From NCBI GenBank assembly GCA_036401335.1, contig DASWVC010000231.1, positions 1-55,167 of the forward strand: DNA of 55,167 bases, read 5' to 3'. Below are positions 46,685 through 55,167 of the stretch, in pieces. Numbering within the stretch: position 1 is the stretch's first letter; each line of letters begins with the position of its first letter. A program made the position numbers and the translations under genes. Source of the DNA: Chthoniobacterales bacterium (GTDB taxonomy: Bacteria > Verrucomicrobiota > Verrucomicrobiia > Chthoniobacterales > JAFAMB01). Below the pieces are notes generated by a model that saw only the letters and a list, made by a program, of their open reading frames with translations, had not been told where the DNA came from and did not search any database.

Positions 46685-47110
46685 TTAAGAGGTTTTGACG
46701 CTGGGGCTGGTGAGTAAACGCGCTTTGAGGTCCTGGTTCTGCAAGATGCGGCTGCCGAGCCGGCTGCTCAATGTGTCAACCTCCAGGCGTAACGACTCGA
46801 GGAACGGTTGCACGTACGGCGGGAACTGTGCGAGGATGGTTTCGTTGAGCGCTCCGTCGGGCAGTTGCAGCCGGACGGCGATGGAATGAAAAAGCAACTC
46901 GGTCGCTCGGCGCCCTTGCGCGGCAAGCTCCGTTTGTTTTCGGATTTGTTCTTCCAGTTGGTGGGTCTCCTGGAGGTCACGCCGGTAAAGGGCTTCCGTT
47001 TGCTGGTTGAGGAGGCAGAGCAGGTCGTGCTTCTCCCGAAGCTCGGCGCGTAACGCCACAACCAGTTCGTCCCAGTCCAGGGGCTCGTTCACCGAAACAG
47101 TCTTTTCCAT
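46685..47110 (-). CDS. FlgN-like helical protein (putative flagellar chaperone)
   Basis: 141 aa, apparently all-helical with Leu/Gln/Glu-rich heptads. Its ATG directly abuts the fliA stop. The assignment is contextual. Confidence 0.4.
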   Translation of the reverse strand: MEKTVSVNEPLDWDELVVALRAELREKHDLLCLLNQQTEALYRRDLQETHQLEEQIRKQTELAAQGRRATELLFHSIAVRLQLPDGALNETILAQFPPYVQPFLESLRLEVDTLSSRLGSRILQNQDLKARLLTSPSVKTS

Positions 47111-47875
47111 TTAGGCCAGCAAGGCAGCCATCTGGGCCCGGAGTTGCTTGACGGCCTGGGTGTGAATCTGGCAGATGCGGGATTCCGTAAGGCCAAAGCA
47201 GGCCCCAATGTCAGCCAGCCGAAGGTTCTCGTAATAATACATCGCCAACACCTTTTTAGGCACTTCCGGCAGCCTCGCAATGCGTTCAGCCAAGAGGGCA
47301 ATCATCTCTTTGCGTTCGACCGCTTCAAAGGCCGAAGTCGAGCAGTCGTCGGCAATGAGTTCGTGCAGGGAGGGTTCATCCAAATCGCCCTGGGCATCGG
47401 GTGAGTCGAGCGAAACCATCCGAACAGGACGCGCGTCGTCGATCAACTCCTGGAGTTCGCGGTCGTTCATGTGCATTTCGGCGCAGAGGGATTCACGGCG
47501 GACCTCGCCGCTGTGTTCCTGTTCCAAGCGGGCGATGGCCTCGCCCAGTCGCTTGGCCTTGGAACGGCCGGCGCGGCTCATCCAATCCATCCGACGCAGC
47601 TCGTCCAGGATGGCGCCGCGGATACGGGTTGACGCATAAGCCCCAAAACTGCCGCCTTGGTCGGCCCGGCAGTTGCGGGCAGCGGTGACTAGCCCAGTGA
47701 CGCCAACGCTGAAAAGTTCCTCAGCTTCAATACTTTGTGGGAGCCGGCGCTTGAGGCGATCGACAATGGATCGGACCAGAGGCAGGTGCCGCACCACACG
47801 GGCTTGGAATTCCTGCTCATCCAGTTGAAGAACGGGCTCGACATCGGGACGAAGCGTGGAAACGGCAGGATGCAT
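47111..47875 (-). CDS. fliA: Flagellar sigma factor (sigma-28, FliA/WhiG family)
   Basis: Region 2 (LFSVGVTGLVTAARNC....GSFGAYASTRIRGAILDELRRMDWMSR), region 3, and region 4 (LAMYYYENLRLADIGACFGLTESRICQIHTQAV). Confidence 0.85.
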   Translation of the reverse strand: MHPAVSTLRPDVEPVLQLDEQEFQARVVRHLPLVRSIVDRLKRRLPQSIEAEELFSVGVTGLVTAARNCRADQGGSFGAYASTRIRGAILDELRRMDWMSRAGRSKAKRLGEAIARLEQEHSGEVRRESLCAEMHMNDRELQELIDDARPVRMVSLDSPDAQGDLDEPSLHELIADDCSTSAFEAVERKEMIALLAERIARLPEVPKKVLAMYYYENLRLADIGACFGLTESRICQIHTQAVKQLRAQMAALLA

Positions 47876-48432
47876 ACTGCGAAACAGTAAGCAGAGGCCG
47901 TGCCATTATCATAATTACCATAATATTTAGGTTTTCACGTAGGGCAGAAGTGCGTCCGAGCGAATCCTTGCTCTTCCTTCACTTCCCGCAAACTAGGCAA
48001 GAAACGGTTGTTTCTCCCTTTCCGGCCAGGCAGATTGTGCCGGTTGCCCCGCCATTCCTCTGAACCCCCAGCTTCCCGGCGCTCGCCCGCGTGGCGTGGT
48101 CCGGGGTGCACTCAACGCCATTACCATTTTTGAGAAAATCGCTTCCCGGGTAGCCGAATCCCTTACATTGAGCTTTTAACTTCCACCGCTTAAGTTCGGG
48201 CTCGGCTTCCGATCGGGTCCCGAAGAAAAGCCGGCGTCACCGTCCGTTGACTTTCCGCCCCGCCAGCATGAATTGATGATAATTCCTGGGGCCGACTTGC
48301 GGAACGGTGCGCAAGCGGAGCGAGGCCATGCGCTTTGATCCGCATACTTTAGGGAATTTGGGAACGGGATGGCCTTTCCCCGGGAGCGTTGGAGTTGAAA
48401 AACGGATTTTAGTCGCTGGTACAGAACTACTA

Positions 48433-48517
48433 GGAGGGATGGCAGAGCGGTCGATTGCACCGGTCTTGAAAACCGGAGACCCGCAAGGGTCCGTGGGTTC
48501 GAATCCCACTCCCTCCG
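48433..48517 (+). tRNA. tRNA-Ser (anticodon UGA), CCA not encoded
   Basis: Acceptor stem GGAGGGA / TCCCTCC + G. D arm GCA-GAGCGGTCGAT-TGC. Anticodon stem-loop CCGGT-CTTGAAA-ACCGG. Long variable arm GACCC-GCAA-GGGTC. T arm GTGGG-TTCGAAT-CCCAC. Confidence 0.9.
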
Positions 48518-48641
48518 GCTGCCCGGCCAGTTCTACGGGGAAAAGTGCCCAGGCTTTCGCCCCAAAACATTTTGATCCATTCCCTCCGTCACGTCGGGGA
48601 AACGTTGTTCACCGGCATTCGTTGTAGTTCATTCTCAAACC

Positions 48642-49157
48642 GTGCACTGGCTCGAGGTCTTTGAATTCACCTTTTACATGGTCGAGACGTTCGCCCTGCC
48701 TTTCGCCATTTTGGTCTACGTCTACGAGCATGGAAAGCAGCGGCAGGCGGACGAGGAAGAGCTGTACCAACGGCTGTCGGACGAGTACCTGGATTTTTTG
48801 AAGCTGGTGCTTGATAACGGCGACCTGCAACTGTTGAGCAAGCGGATGCAGGACCTTCGTCTGAACGAGGAGCAGGAAGAGCGGCGGCTGGTTCTATTCG
48901 GCATTCTGGTCAGCATTTTCGAACGGGCGTACATTCTGGTTTACGAGGAACGCATGAGCAAACAGACGCGACGGCTCTGGTCGTCGTGGGAGGACTACAT
49001 GCGGGAATGGTGTCGGCGGGCTGATTTCCGCAGCGCCTTGCCGGAATTGCTGGACGGAGAAGACCCGGAATTTCGTGCCTACATCGAAAAGATTGCACAC
49101 CAGGCTCACCTGCAGCCGGTTTCCCCTGGGCATCGCTCGATCGCGTCGCTGCCGTAA
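48642..49157 (+). CDS. Hypothetical protein (N-terminal hydrophobic segment, helical acidic body)
   Basis: GTG 48642 or ATG 48678 start. FALPFAILVYVY hydrophobic stretch. No motif recognised. Codon usage looks similar to neighbouring genes. Confidence 0.4.
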   Translation: MHWLEVFEFTFYMVETFALPFAILVYVYEHGKQRQADEEELYQRLSDEYLDFLKLVLDNGDLQLLSKRMQDLRLNEEQEERRLVLFGILVSIFERAYILVYEERMSKQTRRLWSSWEDYMREWCRRADFRSALPELLDGEDPEFRAYIEKIAHQAHLQPVSPGHRSIASLP

Positions 49158-49289
49158 AACCTTTGCGCGGAGATTTGCTTGCAGGCGGTACAGGTTTGTC
49201 GGGTTGCTTCCGGGTTGTGTTATGGGGGCAGAGTGGGCTGCTAATTTTGCATCGACAAGCACCCCTTTGCCCGTAGGGGTAACAAAGCC

Positions 49290-51509
49290 ATGAATAAGAT
49301 ACGGGTTTGGACCGGGACCCCTTACCCTCTGGGTGCGACCTGGACAGGGAACGGGGTGAACTTCGCGCTCTACTCACAGAGCGCGACAGGAGTCGATCTA
49401 TGCCTGTTTGATGAGGCGGATGCGGATCGGGAGACGGTGCGGATTCGGGTGACGGAGCAGACGGACCATGTCTGGCACGTGTTCCTGCCGGACATCGGGC
49501 CTGGACAGCTGTACAATTACCGGGTCTACGGCGCGTACAACCCGGGGGAAGGCCAGCGTTTCAACGCTTCGAAGGTTTTGCTGGATCCGTACGCCAAAGC
49601 CATTGCCGGCAAAATAGTTTGGGGCCCGGAAATGTTTGGCTACCCGCTGGGCAACCCGAATGAAGACCTTAAGCGCGATTACCGCGACAATGCGTTCAAT
49701 CTTCCGAAGGGCGTTGTCATCGATCCGACCTTTGACTGGCGGGGAGACACCTTGCCGCGGGTGCCGATGCCTGAAACGGTGGTGTATGAAGTGCACGTGG
49801 CCGGGTTCAGCAAGCTCTGGGAGAAATTGCCGGAAAAACTGCGCGGCACGTACGCGGGCATGGGGTCCCCGGCAGCCATTGAATATTTCAGGCAACTTGG
49901 GGTAACGGCCGTCGAGTTGCTGCCGGTCCACGAGCATGTGGACGACAGCATCCTGCAAGACCGCGGCCTGACCAATTATTGGGGTTACAATTCCATCGGG
50001 TTTTTTGCCCCGGAATCCAGTTATTCCAGCCAAGGTGTGCTGGGCGATCAGGTAAAGGATTTTAAGGAAATGGTGCGCTCGCTGCACGCGGCCGGTCTGG
50101 AAGTAATTCTGGACGTCGTGTACAACCACACAGCCGAAGGCAACCACCTGGGACCCACGATCTCGTTCAAGGGCATCGACAACGCCGCTTATTACCGCCT
50201 GGTTCAGGACGACCGGCGTTATTACATGGATTACACCGGTTGCGGCAACACGCCCAACACGCAGAACCCACGGGTTCTTCAGCTCATCATGGACAGCTTG
50301 CGCTATTGGGTATCCGAGATGCACGTGGACGGCTTCCGTTTCGACCTGGCGTCAACGCTTGGCCGCGAGGAACACTTTATGGCGCGGGATTCGGGGTTTT
50401 TCGACATCCTGCTGCAGGATCCTGTCCTTTCCCAGGTCAAGCTGATCGCGGAACCTTGGGATGTCGGTGAGGGCGGCTACCAGGTAGGCGGATTCCCCAT
50501 CCCCTGGGTGGAGTGGAATGGCAAATACCGGGACTGTGCGCGGCGTTATTGGAAGGGTGATGACGGCACTTTGGCCGAGTTTGCCTACCGGCTGACCGGC
50601 AGCCCCGACCTGTACGAACACCAGGGGCGGCGGCCGTACACCAGCATAAATTTCGTCACTGCCCACGACGGGTTCACCCTTAATGACCTCGTCAGCTACA
50701 ACGACAAACACAATGAAGCCAACGGGGAAGGCAACCGCGACGGCGACAGCCACAATAATTCCTGGAACTGCGGTGCGGAAGGCGTAACCGAAGACCCCGA
50801 GATCAACCGGCTGCGCCGGCGCCAGCAAAGAAATTTTCTGGCTACCTTGCTCCTTTCACAAGGTGTTCCCATGCTTAACGCCGGCGATGAGTTTGCCCGG
50901 ACCCAGCAGGGAAATAACAACGTTTACTGCCAAGATAATCCGGTAAGCTGGTTTGATTGGAACTGGACGCAGGAACAGCAGCAGCAGTTTGATTTTACCA
51001 GCCGCCTGATCGCACTGCGCCGCAAACACCCGGTGTTCCGGCGTCCGAAATACTTTCTTGGCCGCCGGATCCGTGGCACGGACGTGAAAGACCTGATGTG
51101 GTTCAACCCGAACGGCGTCGAGATGTCCGAACCCGATTGGGCGAGTGGTTATGCAAAATGCTTTGGCATACTCGTCAGCGGGGCAACCATTGACGTCCGG
51201 GACGAACGCGGCGAACCGGTGAAGGACGATACGTTTCTTTGGCTTTGCAATGCGCACCACGAGCCGTTGACCTTCATCCTGCCAGGCCGGCAGGAGGTGC
51301 GATGGGAAGTGATGGTTGACACAGCGAACGAGACCGGTTTTGTGACCAAAGAATGGGTTATGCCAGCCGGAGATGAAATCGAGTTGCCGGATCGCAGCCT
51401 GTGTTTGCTGCGGCTCTCTTCTGGCGACGAAAGCTTTGCCCGCGAGGAATCGTGGACGGCAAAAGAGGGCAAGGCACCCTCGAAAGTTCCGACCAGGAAG
51501 AAAGCATGA
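49290..51509 (+). CDS. glgX: Glycogen debranching enzyme GlgX
   Basis: PYPLGATW..NGVNFALYS N-terminus. GH13 motifs (ILDVVYNHT, GFRFDLAS, EPWD, FVTAHDGF). Confidence 0.9.
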   Translation: MNKIRVWTGTPYPLGATWTGNGVNFALYSQSATGVDLCLFDEADADRETVRIRVTEQTDHVWHVFLPDIGPGQLYNYRVYGAYNPGEGQRFNASKVLLDPYAKAIAGKIVWGPEMFGYPLGNPNEDLKRDYRDNAFNLPKGVVIDPTFDWRGDTLPRVPMPETVVYEVHVAGFSKLWEKLPEKLRGTYAGMGSPAAIEYFRQLGVTAVELLPVHEHVDDSILQDRGLTNYWGYNSIGFFAPESSYSSQGVLGDQVKDFKEMVRSLHAAGLEVILDVVYNHTAEGNHLGPTISFKGIDNAAYYRLVQDDRRYYMDYTGCGNTPNTQNPRVLQLIMDSLRYWVSEMHVDGFRFDLASTLGREEHFMARDSGFFDILLQDPVLSQVKLIAEPWDVGEGGYQVGGFPIPWVEWNGKYRDCARRYWKGDDGTLAEFAYRLTGSPDLYEHQGRRPYTSINFVTAHDGFTLNDLVSYNDKHNEANGEGNRDGDSHNNSWNCGAEGVTEDPEINRLRRRQQRNFLATLLLSQGVPMLNAGDEFARTQQGNNNVYCQDNPVSWFDWNWTQEQQQQFDFTSRLIALRRKHPVFRRPKYFLGRRIRGTDVKDLMWFNPNGVEMSEPDWASGYAKCFGILVSGATIDVRDERGEPVKDDTFLWLCNAHHEPLTFILPGRQEVRWEVMVDTANETGFVTKEWVMPAGDEIELPDRSLCLLRLSSGDESFAREESWTAKEGKAPSKVPTRKKA

Positions 51510-53362
51510 TGGAACAGACCAGACGATTTTCGCAAGGGGCCGAGTGGACCGGAACCGGGGTATCTTACCGCACCTGGGCCGTTGACAAAAAGACTGTCGC
51601 GGTGGTGATAGTTGATGAAACCGGGAAGGTGGTGCGCCAACTCCCGCTGAAACCGGACGGGAGCGGCTTTTATGCCGCGTGGGATTCCTGGGGAAAACCG
51701 GGCGACCTTTACCAGTATGAGGTGGATGGCCAGTGTCTGCCAGATCCTGCGTCCCGGTTCCAACCCCAAGGGGTGCACGGGCCTTCTCAGGTGATTGACC
51801 CGGCAGTTTACGCGTGGCAGGCGCGGGAATGGCGGCGGCCCGATCTCCGGGACCTGGTGATCTACGAGCTGCACGTGGGCACTTTCACCCCCGAAGGAAC
51901 CTATGCTGCCATTTCTCAGCATTTCGATCACCTGAAACAAGTGGGGGTGAATGCCATCCAGTTAATGCCGGTAGCTGATTTCCCAGGGCGGTGGAACTGG
52001 GGCTACGACGCGGTGGCGTGCTATGCGCCGAGCCGGGCTTACGGCACGCCGGATGAACTGCGGGGGTTGGTTGATGCGGCGCATGGCGCCGGGTTGGCGG
52101 TGATCCTGGATGTCGTTTACAACCATTTGGGCCCGGACGGCAACTACCTGGGGGCTTACGCGAAAGACTATTTCAATCCACAACACACCACCCCGTGGGG
52201 TGCTGCCTTCAATTTCGATGCACCTCACGCAGAAGCAGTGCGGCAGTTTTTTGTAGAAAACCCTCAGTATTGGCTGACGGATTTCCACGTTGACGGTTTC
52301 CGCCTGGATGCCACCCATGCCATCCCGGACGATTCGCCAAAGCATGTGATTCAGGAAATAGCTGAGCACGTGCAGGCGGCGGGCGCTTTAGTGATCTGCG
52401 AAGACCCGCGAAATGACCGCAAGATTATCCTGCCCCGTGAATCCGGCGGGTATGGGTGCGATGCCGTGTGGGCCGATGACTTCCATCACGTCGTGCGCGT
52501 GCAGATGACCCAGGAAAATGAAGGTTACCTCGGCTACTTCAAGGGCACAATTGACGAGATCGTCAGAACCATCAACGAGGGCTGGCTGTTTGTCGGGCAG
52601 AAGCAAATTGATGGACTGCCGCGTGGCACCCGAGGAAGCGATTTGCCGCCGGAGCGTTTCGTTTTCTGCATCTCAAACCACGACCAGGTCGGCAACCGCG
52701 CGTTCGGCGACCGGATCAGCAAGGTGGTTGACCCGGCAGCTTACCGGGCCGCTTCCGGTTTGTTTTTGCTAACCCCTTACACACCGATGCTGTTCATGGG
52801 CCAGGAATGGGCTGCTTCCACCCCGTTCCTCTACTTTACGGATCACGAAACTGAACTCGGCCGCAACATCACCCAGGGACGGCGGAAGGAGTTTTCCCAG
52901 TTCAAAGCTTTCAGCGATCCTGTGACGCGGGAACAAATCCCCGACCCGCAGGCAGACGCCACGTTCCAAGATTCAAAACTGAACTGGACCGAGCCGGCCG
53001 AAGGCGGCCATGCGACGGTCGTCCGTCTCTACACCGCGTTGCTGCAACTTCGTACCCGCTGGCTGGGCAGTCGCCAACGCGGCGACTGGCACGCCGAACC
53101 GATCGGTGAGGCTGCCCTCGCGTTACGGTACGACCTTCCCGCCGGCCAAGCCGTGTTGGTGGTCGCTCAACTTACCCCTGTTACGTCTCGCTTGAATTCC
53201 GGCGCTCATCCGGTCTTGCGGGCGGGAAACAACCGAACCTGGGAGTTGCTGTTGTCAACCAACGAAGTTGCCTATGGGGGCAAACGGACGGGGCACTGGG
53301 ACCCAAGTACGAAAGAGTTTGTCCTGACGGAACCGGAAGTGATGGTGTTTCTGGAACGTTAG
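51506..53362 (+). CDS. treZ: Malto-oligosyltrehalose trehalohydrolase
   Basis: ATGA overlap with the glgX stop. GH13 motifs (YELHVGTFT, ILDVVYNHLGPDGNY, GFRLDATH, EDPRND, NHDQVGNR). Confidence 0.9.
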   Translation: MMEQTRRFSQGAEWTGTGVSYRTWAVDKKTVAVVIVDETGKVVRQLPLKPDGSGFYAAWDSWGKPGDLYQYEVDGQCLPDPASRFQPQGVHGPSQVIDPAVYAWQAREWRRPDLRDLVIYELHVGTFTPEGTYAAISQHFDHLKQVGVNAIQLMPVADFPGRWNWGYDAVACYAPSRAYGTPDELRGLVDAAHGAGLAVILDVVYNHLGPDGNYLGAYAKDYFNPQHTTPWGAAFNFDAPHAEAVRQFFVENPQYWLTDFHVDGFRLDATHAIPDDSPKHVIQEIAEHVQAAGALVICEDPRNDRKIILPRESGGYGCDAVWADDFHHVVRVQMTQENEGYLGYFKGTIDEIVRTINEGWLFVGQKQIDGLPRGTRGSDLPPERFVFCISNHDQVGNRAFGDRISKVVDPAAYRAASGLFLLTPYTPMLFMGQEWAASTPFLYFTDHETELGRNITQGRRKEFSQFKAFSDPVTREQIPDPQADATFQDSKLNWTEPAEGGHATVVRLYTALLQLRTRWLGSRQRGDWHAEPIGEAALALRYDLPAGQAVLVVAQLTPVTSRLNSGAHPVLRAGNNRTWELLLSTNEVAYGGKRTGHWDPSTKEFVLTEPEVMVFLER

Positions 53363-53469
53363 CGCGAGTACCACGCAACCCGATGCAGGAAAAAAATACC
53401 GGCGGCGCTTTGACCTGCGAAAGTCGTTCTGTCACCGGCCGGAATCAACCGTAGGAGAATTTTACTCAC

Positions 53470-55167
53470 ATGGCTCAAAGAACCCGCTTTCCCACGGCAA
53501 CCTACCGCCTGCAATTCAACCGGAATTTCAAGTTTACGGATGCCACCGAGATCATCCCTTATTTGGAGAAGCTTGGGATTAGCGATCTTTATAGCTCGCC
53601 CTTTTTTCGGGCTGACCCGGGGAGTGACCACGGTTACGACGTGAGTAACCACAACGAGTTGAACCCCGCGATCGGCACGCGGCCGGAGTTCGACGCCATG
53701 GTTGCCGCCCTTAAGGAACGCCAAATGGGACATTTGGCGGATTTTGTGCCGAACCACATGGGCATTTCTGACGTCAACAACGAGTGGTGGATGGACGTGC
53801 TTGAAAATGGTCCAAGCTCGACGTTCGCTCCGTTTTTTGACATTGACTGGGACCCGATCAAAGAGGGACTGCGCCATAAAATCCTGCTTCCGGTCCTCGG
53901 GGATCAATACGGCCGCGTGTTGGAAAAAGGGGAGTTGGGCCTGTCCTACGAGGAGGGCGCCTTTTTTGTCACTTACTACGACCGCGTGTTTCCGCTGAAT
54001 CCCCGCACTTACAAATTCGTTTTGCAGCTAGCGCTGAAAAACCTGGGCGCCTACGACGACGAGGTGATGGTGTCTGAGCTCGAGAGCATCATTACCGCAC
54101 TTGAACACCTGCCGCTGCGGACGGCAACCGAGGCCGGAAAGGTACGCGAGCGGGCGCGAGAAAAAGAAATCGTCAAACGCCGTATCTCCCGGCTCTGCTC
54201 TGAATTTCCTCAGGTCCGGGAAGCCATCGACCGCGCGATGTTTGAGCTGCAAGGTCAAGTAGGTCAACCCCATTCGTTTGATCAAATGGATGAACTGCTG
54301 AGCGCTCAGGCGTATCGGTTGAGTTACTGGCGCGTGGCTGGCGAGGAGATAAATTACCGGCGCTTTTTCGACATTAACAATCTTGCGGCGATCCGGGTCG
54401 AAAACCCGGTGGTATTCGAGACAATTCACCGCTTCATTTTCGAATTGTTAAAGGCCGGCGACGTCACGGGCTTGCGGATCGATCACGTCGACGGGTGGCA
54501 TAACCCGAAGGTTTACCTTCGGGAATTGCAAAGGCGGTTCCTGGACATTCCTGAGGACGAAGTGGTTGAAGAAAACGCGTTGCGCGACCGTGGTTTTTAT
54601 TTGGTCGTGGAAAAGATTTTGTCCTTCAATGAAAAGCTGCGCACCGATTGGCCCATCCACGGGACGTCTGGCTACGATTTTACGACGGATGCCACCCAAC
54701 TGCTTGTTGACTCATCGAATCAAGAGGCGTTCTCGCGCCTTTACCGGGAGTTCATCGACCGGTACGTGCATTTTGAGTCTTTGGTGTTCGAGAAAAAGCG
54801 GCTCGTGATGGACACGTCTTTGTCGAGTGACATCGAATCGCTGGGCCACCGGCTCAGTCAGCTGGCCGAGAAAGACCGGCTGCACCGGGATTTTACCCGG
54901 GATTCACTCAGTACGGTCGTACGCGACCTGATCGCCTGTTTTCCGGTCTATCGAACGTACATCGGGGATGACGGCGTCGTGTCCGAAAGCGATCGCCAAG
55001 TGGTCCTGCGGGCCGTGCGGGCTGCCAAACGGCGGAACCCGTCAATCGACACCTCGATCTTCGATTTTCTTCGCGACATTCTGTTGCTGGAAAAATTTGA
55101 GAATTTCAGTGACGCAACCCGTCAACAGCAGATTGAATTCGTTGTTAAATTCCAGCAATGCACCGGC
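53470..55167 (+). CDS. treY: Malto-oligosyltrehalose synthase (partial, runs off the window end)
   Basis: Not in the ORF track because there is no stop in the window. My translation from ATG 53470 reads MAQRTRFPTATYRLQFNRNFKFTDATEIIPYLEKLGISDLYSSPFFRADPGSDHGYDVSNHNELNP...DFVPNHMG, typical of TreY. The frame stays open for 566 codons to 55167. Confidence 0.85.
   Translation, partial: MAQRTRFPTATYRLQFNRNFKFTDATEIIPYLEKLGISDLYSSPFFRADPGSDHGYDVSNHNELNPAIGTRPEFDAMVAALKERQMGHLADFVPNHMGISDVNNEWWMDVLENGPSSTFAPFFDIDWDPIKEGLRHKILLPVLGDQYGRVLEKGELGLSYEEGAFFVTYYDRVFPLNPRTYKFVLQLALKNLGAYDDEVMVSELESIITALEHLPLRTATEAGKVRERAREKEIVKRRISRLCSEFPQVREAIDRAMFELQGQVGQPHSFDQMDELLSAQAYRLSYWRVAGEEINYRRFFDINNLAAIRVENPVVFETIHRFIFELLKAGDVTGLRIDHVDGWHNPKVYLRELQRRFLDIPEDEVVEENALRDRGFYLVVEKILSFNEKLRTDWPIHGTSGYDFTTDATQLLVDSSNQEAFSRLYREFIDRYVHFESLVFEKKRLVMDTSLSSDIESLGHRLSQLAEKDRLHRDFTRDSLSTVVRDLIACFPVYRTYIGDDGVVSESDRQVVLRAVRAAKRRNPSIDTSIFDFLRDILLLEKFENFSDATRQQQIEFVVKFQQCTG

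Noticed and set aside
48537-48573. GGGG...CCCC hairpin followed by AAAACATTTT after the tRNA, considered as a terminator.
   Set aside because: The stem needs two bulges and has only four solid G-C pairs, and the T-run is interrupted.
49398-50324. 308-aa ORF on the minus strand.
   Set aside because: It lies antisense to glgX. No motifs.
1-55167. Scan for CRISPR arrays, rRNA genes, transposases, integrases and prophage structural genes.
   Set aside because: No regularly spaced direct repeats, no rRNA-like sequence, and no DDE, tyrosine- or serine-recombinase or capsid/terminase motifs in any frame.

Overview
This is a 55.2-kb bacterial chromosomal window, visibly high in GC. The gene content suggests a PVC-group organism such as Verrucomicrobiota: Tat-exported aldo/keto reductase, long-form IspH, and a pilus/T2SS-like operon with PilMNOP-like genes. 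That placement is inference only. I call about 52 protein genes, one tRNA-Ser(UGA) and one decayed hydrolase pseudogene. I found no rRNA, CRISPR array, transposase or integrase. In order, the window contains: (1) 271-4713, a signalling cassette of REC-PP2C phosphatase, CHASE3 hybrid kinase, a kinase-like protein and a zinc-ribbon protein with a tripeptide repeat. (2) 4.7-11.5 kb, redox and housekeeping genes, two small secreted proteins and an MscS channel. (3) 11.6-14.5 kb, a Phd/VapC toxin-antitoxin pair beside a frameshifted hydrolase and an intact secreted hydrolase. (4) 14.6-25.5 kb, an 11-gene type II secretion / type IV pilus-like operon. (5) 25.7-29.7 kb, gpsA, plsY, GNAT, MBL-fold hydrolase and PAP2. 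(6) 29.9-34.9 kb, a stand-alone vgrG / unknown / PAAR / C39-like protease operon. This is the most unusual block: VgrG has a tail with predicted membrane helices, and the candidate cargo has no obvious immunity gene. (7) 35.2-41.1 kb, a CobS-like membrane protein, ispH, an L,D-transpeptidase, astD, an LpxL-family acyltransferase and a NYN protein. (8) 41.2-44.8 kb, a sugar ABC transporter. (9) A secreted coiled-coil plus Hep_Hag-like repeat protein. (10) fliA / flgN-like / csrA, then tRNA-Ser. (11) glgX-treZ-treY, with treY open at the window end. All functional calls rest on motifs read from the supplied translations. No database search was run.
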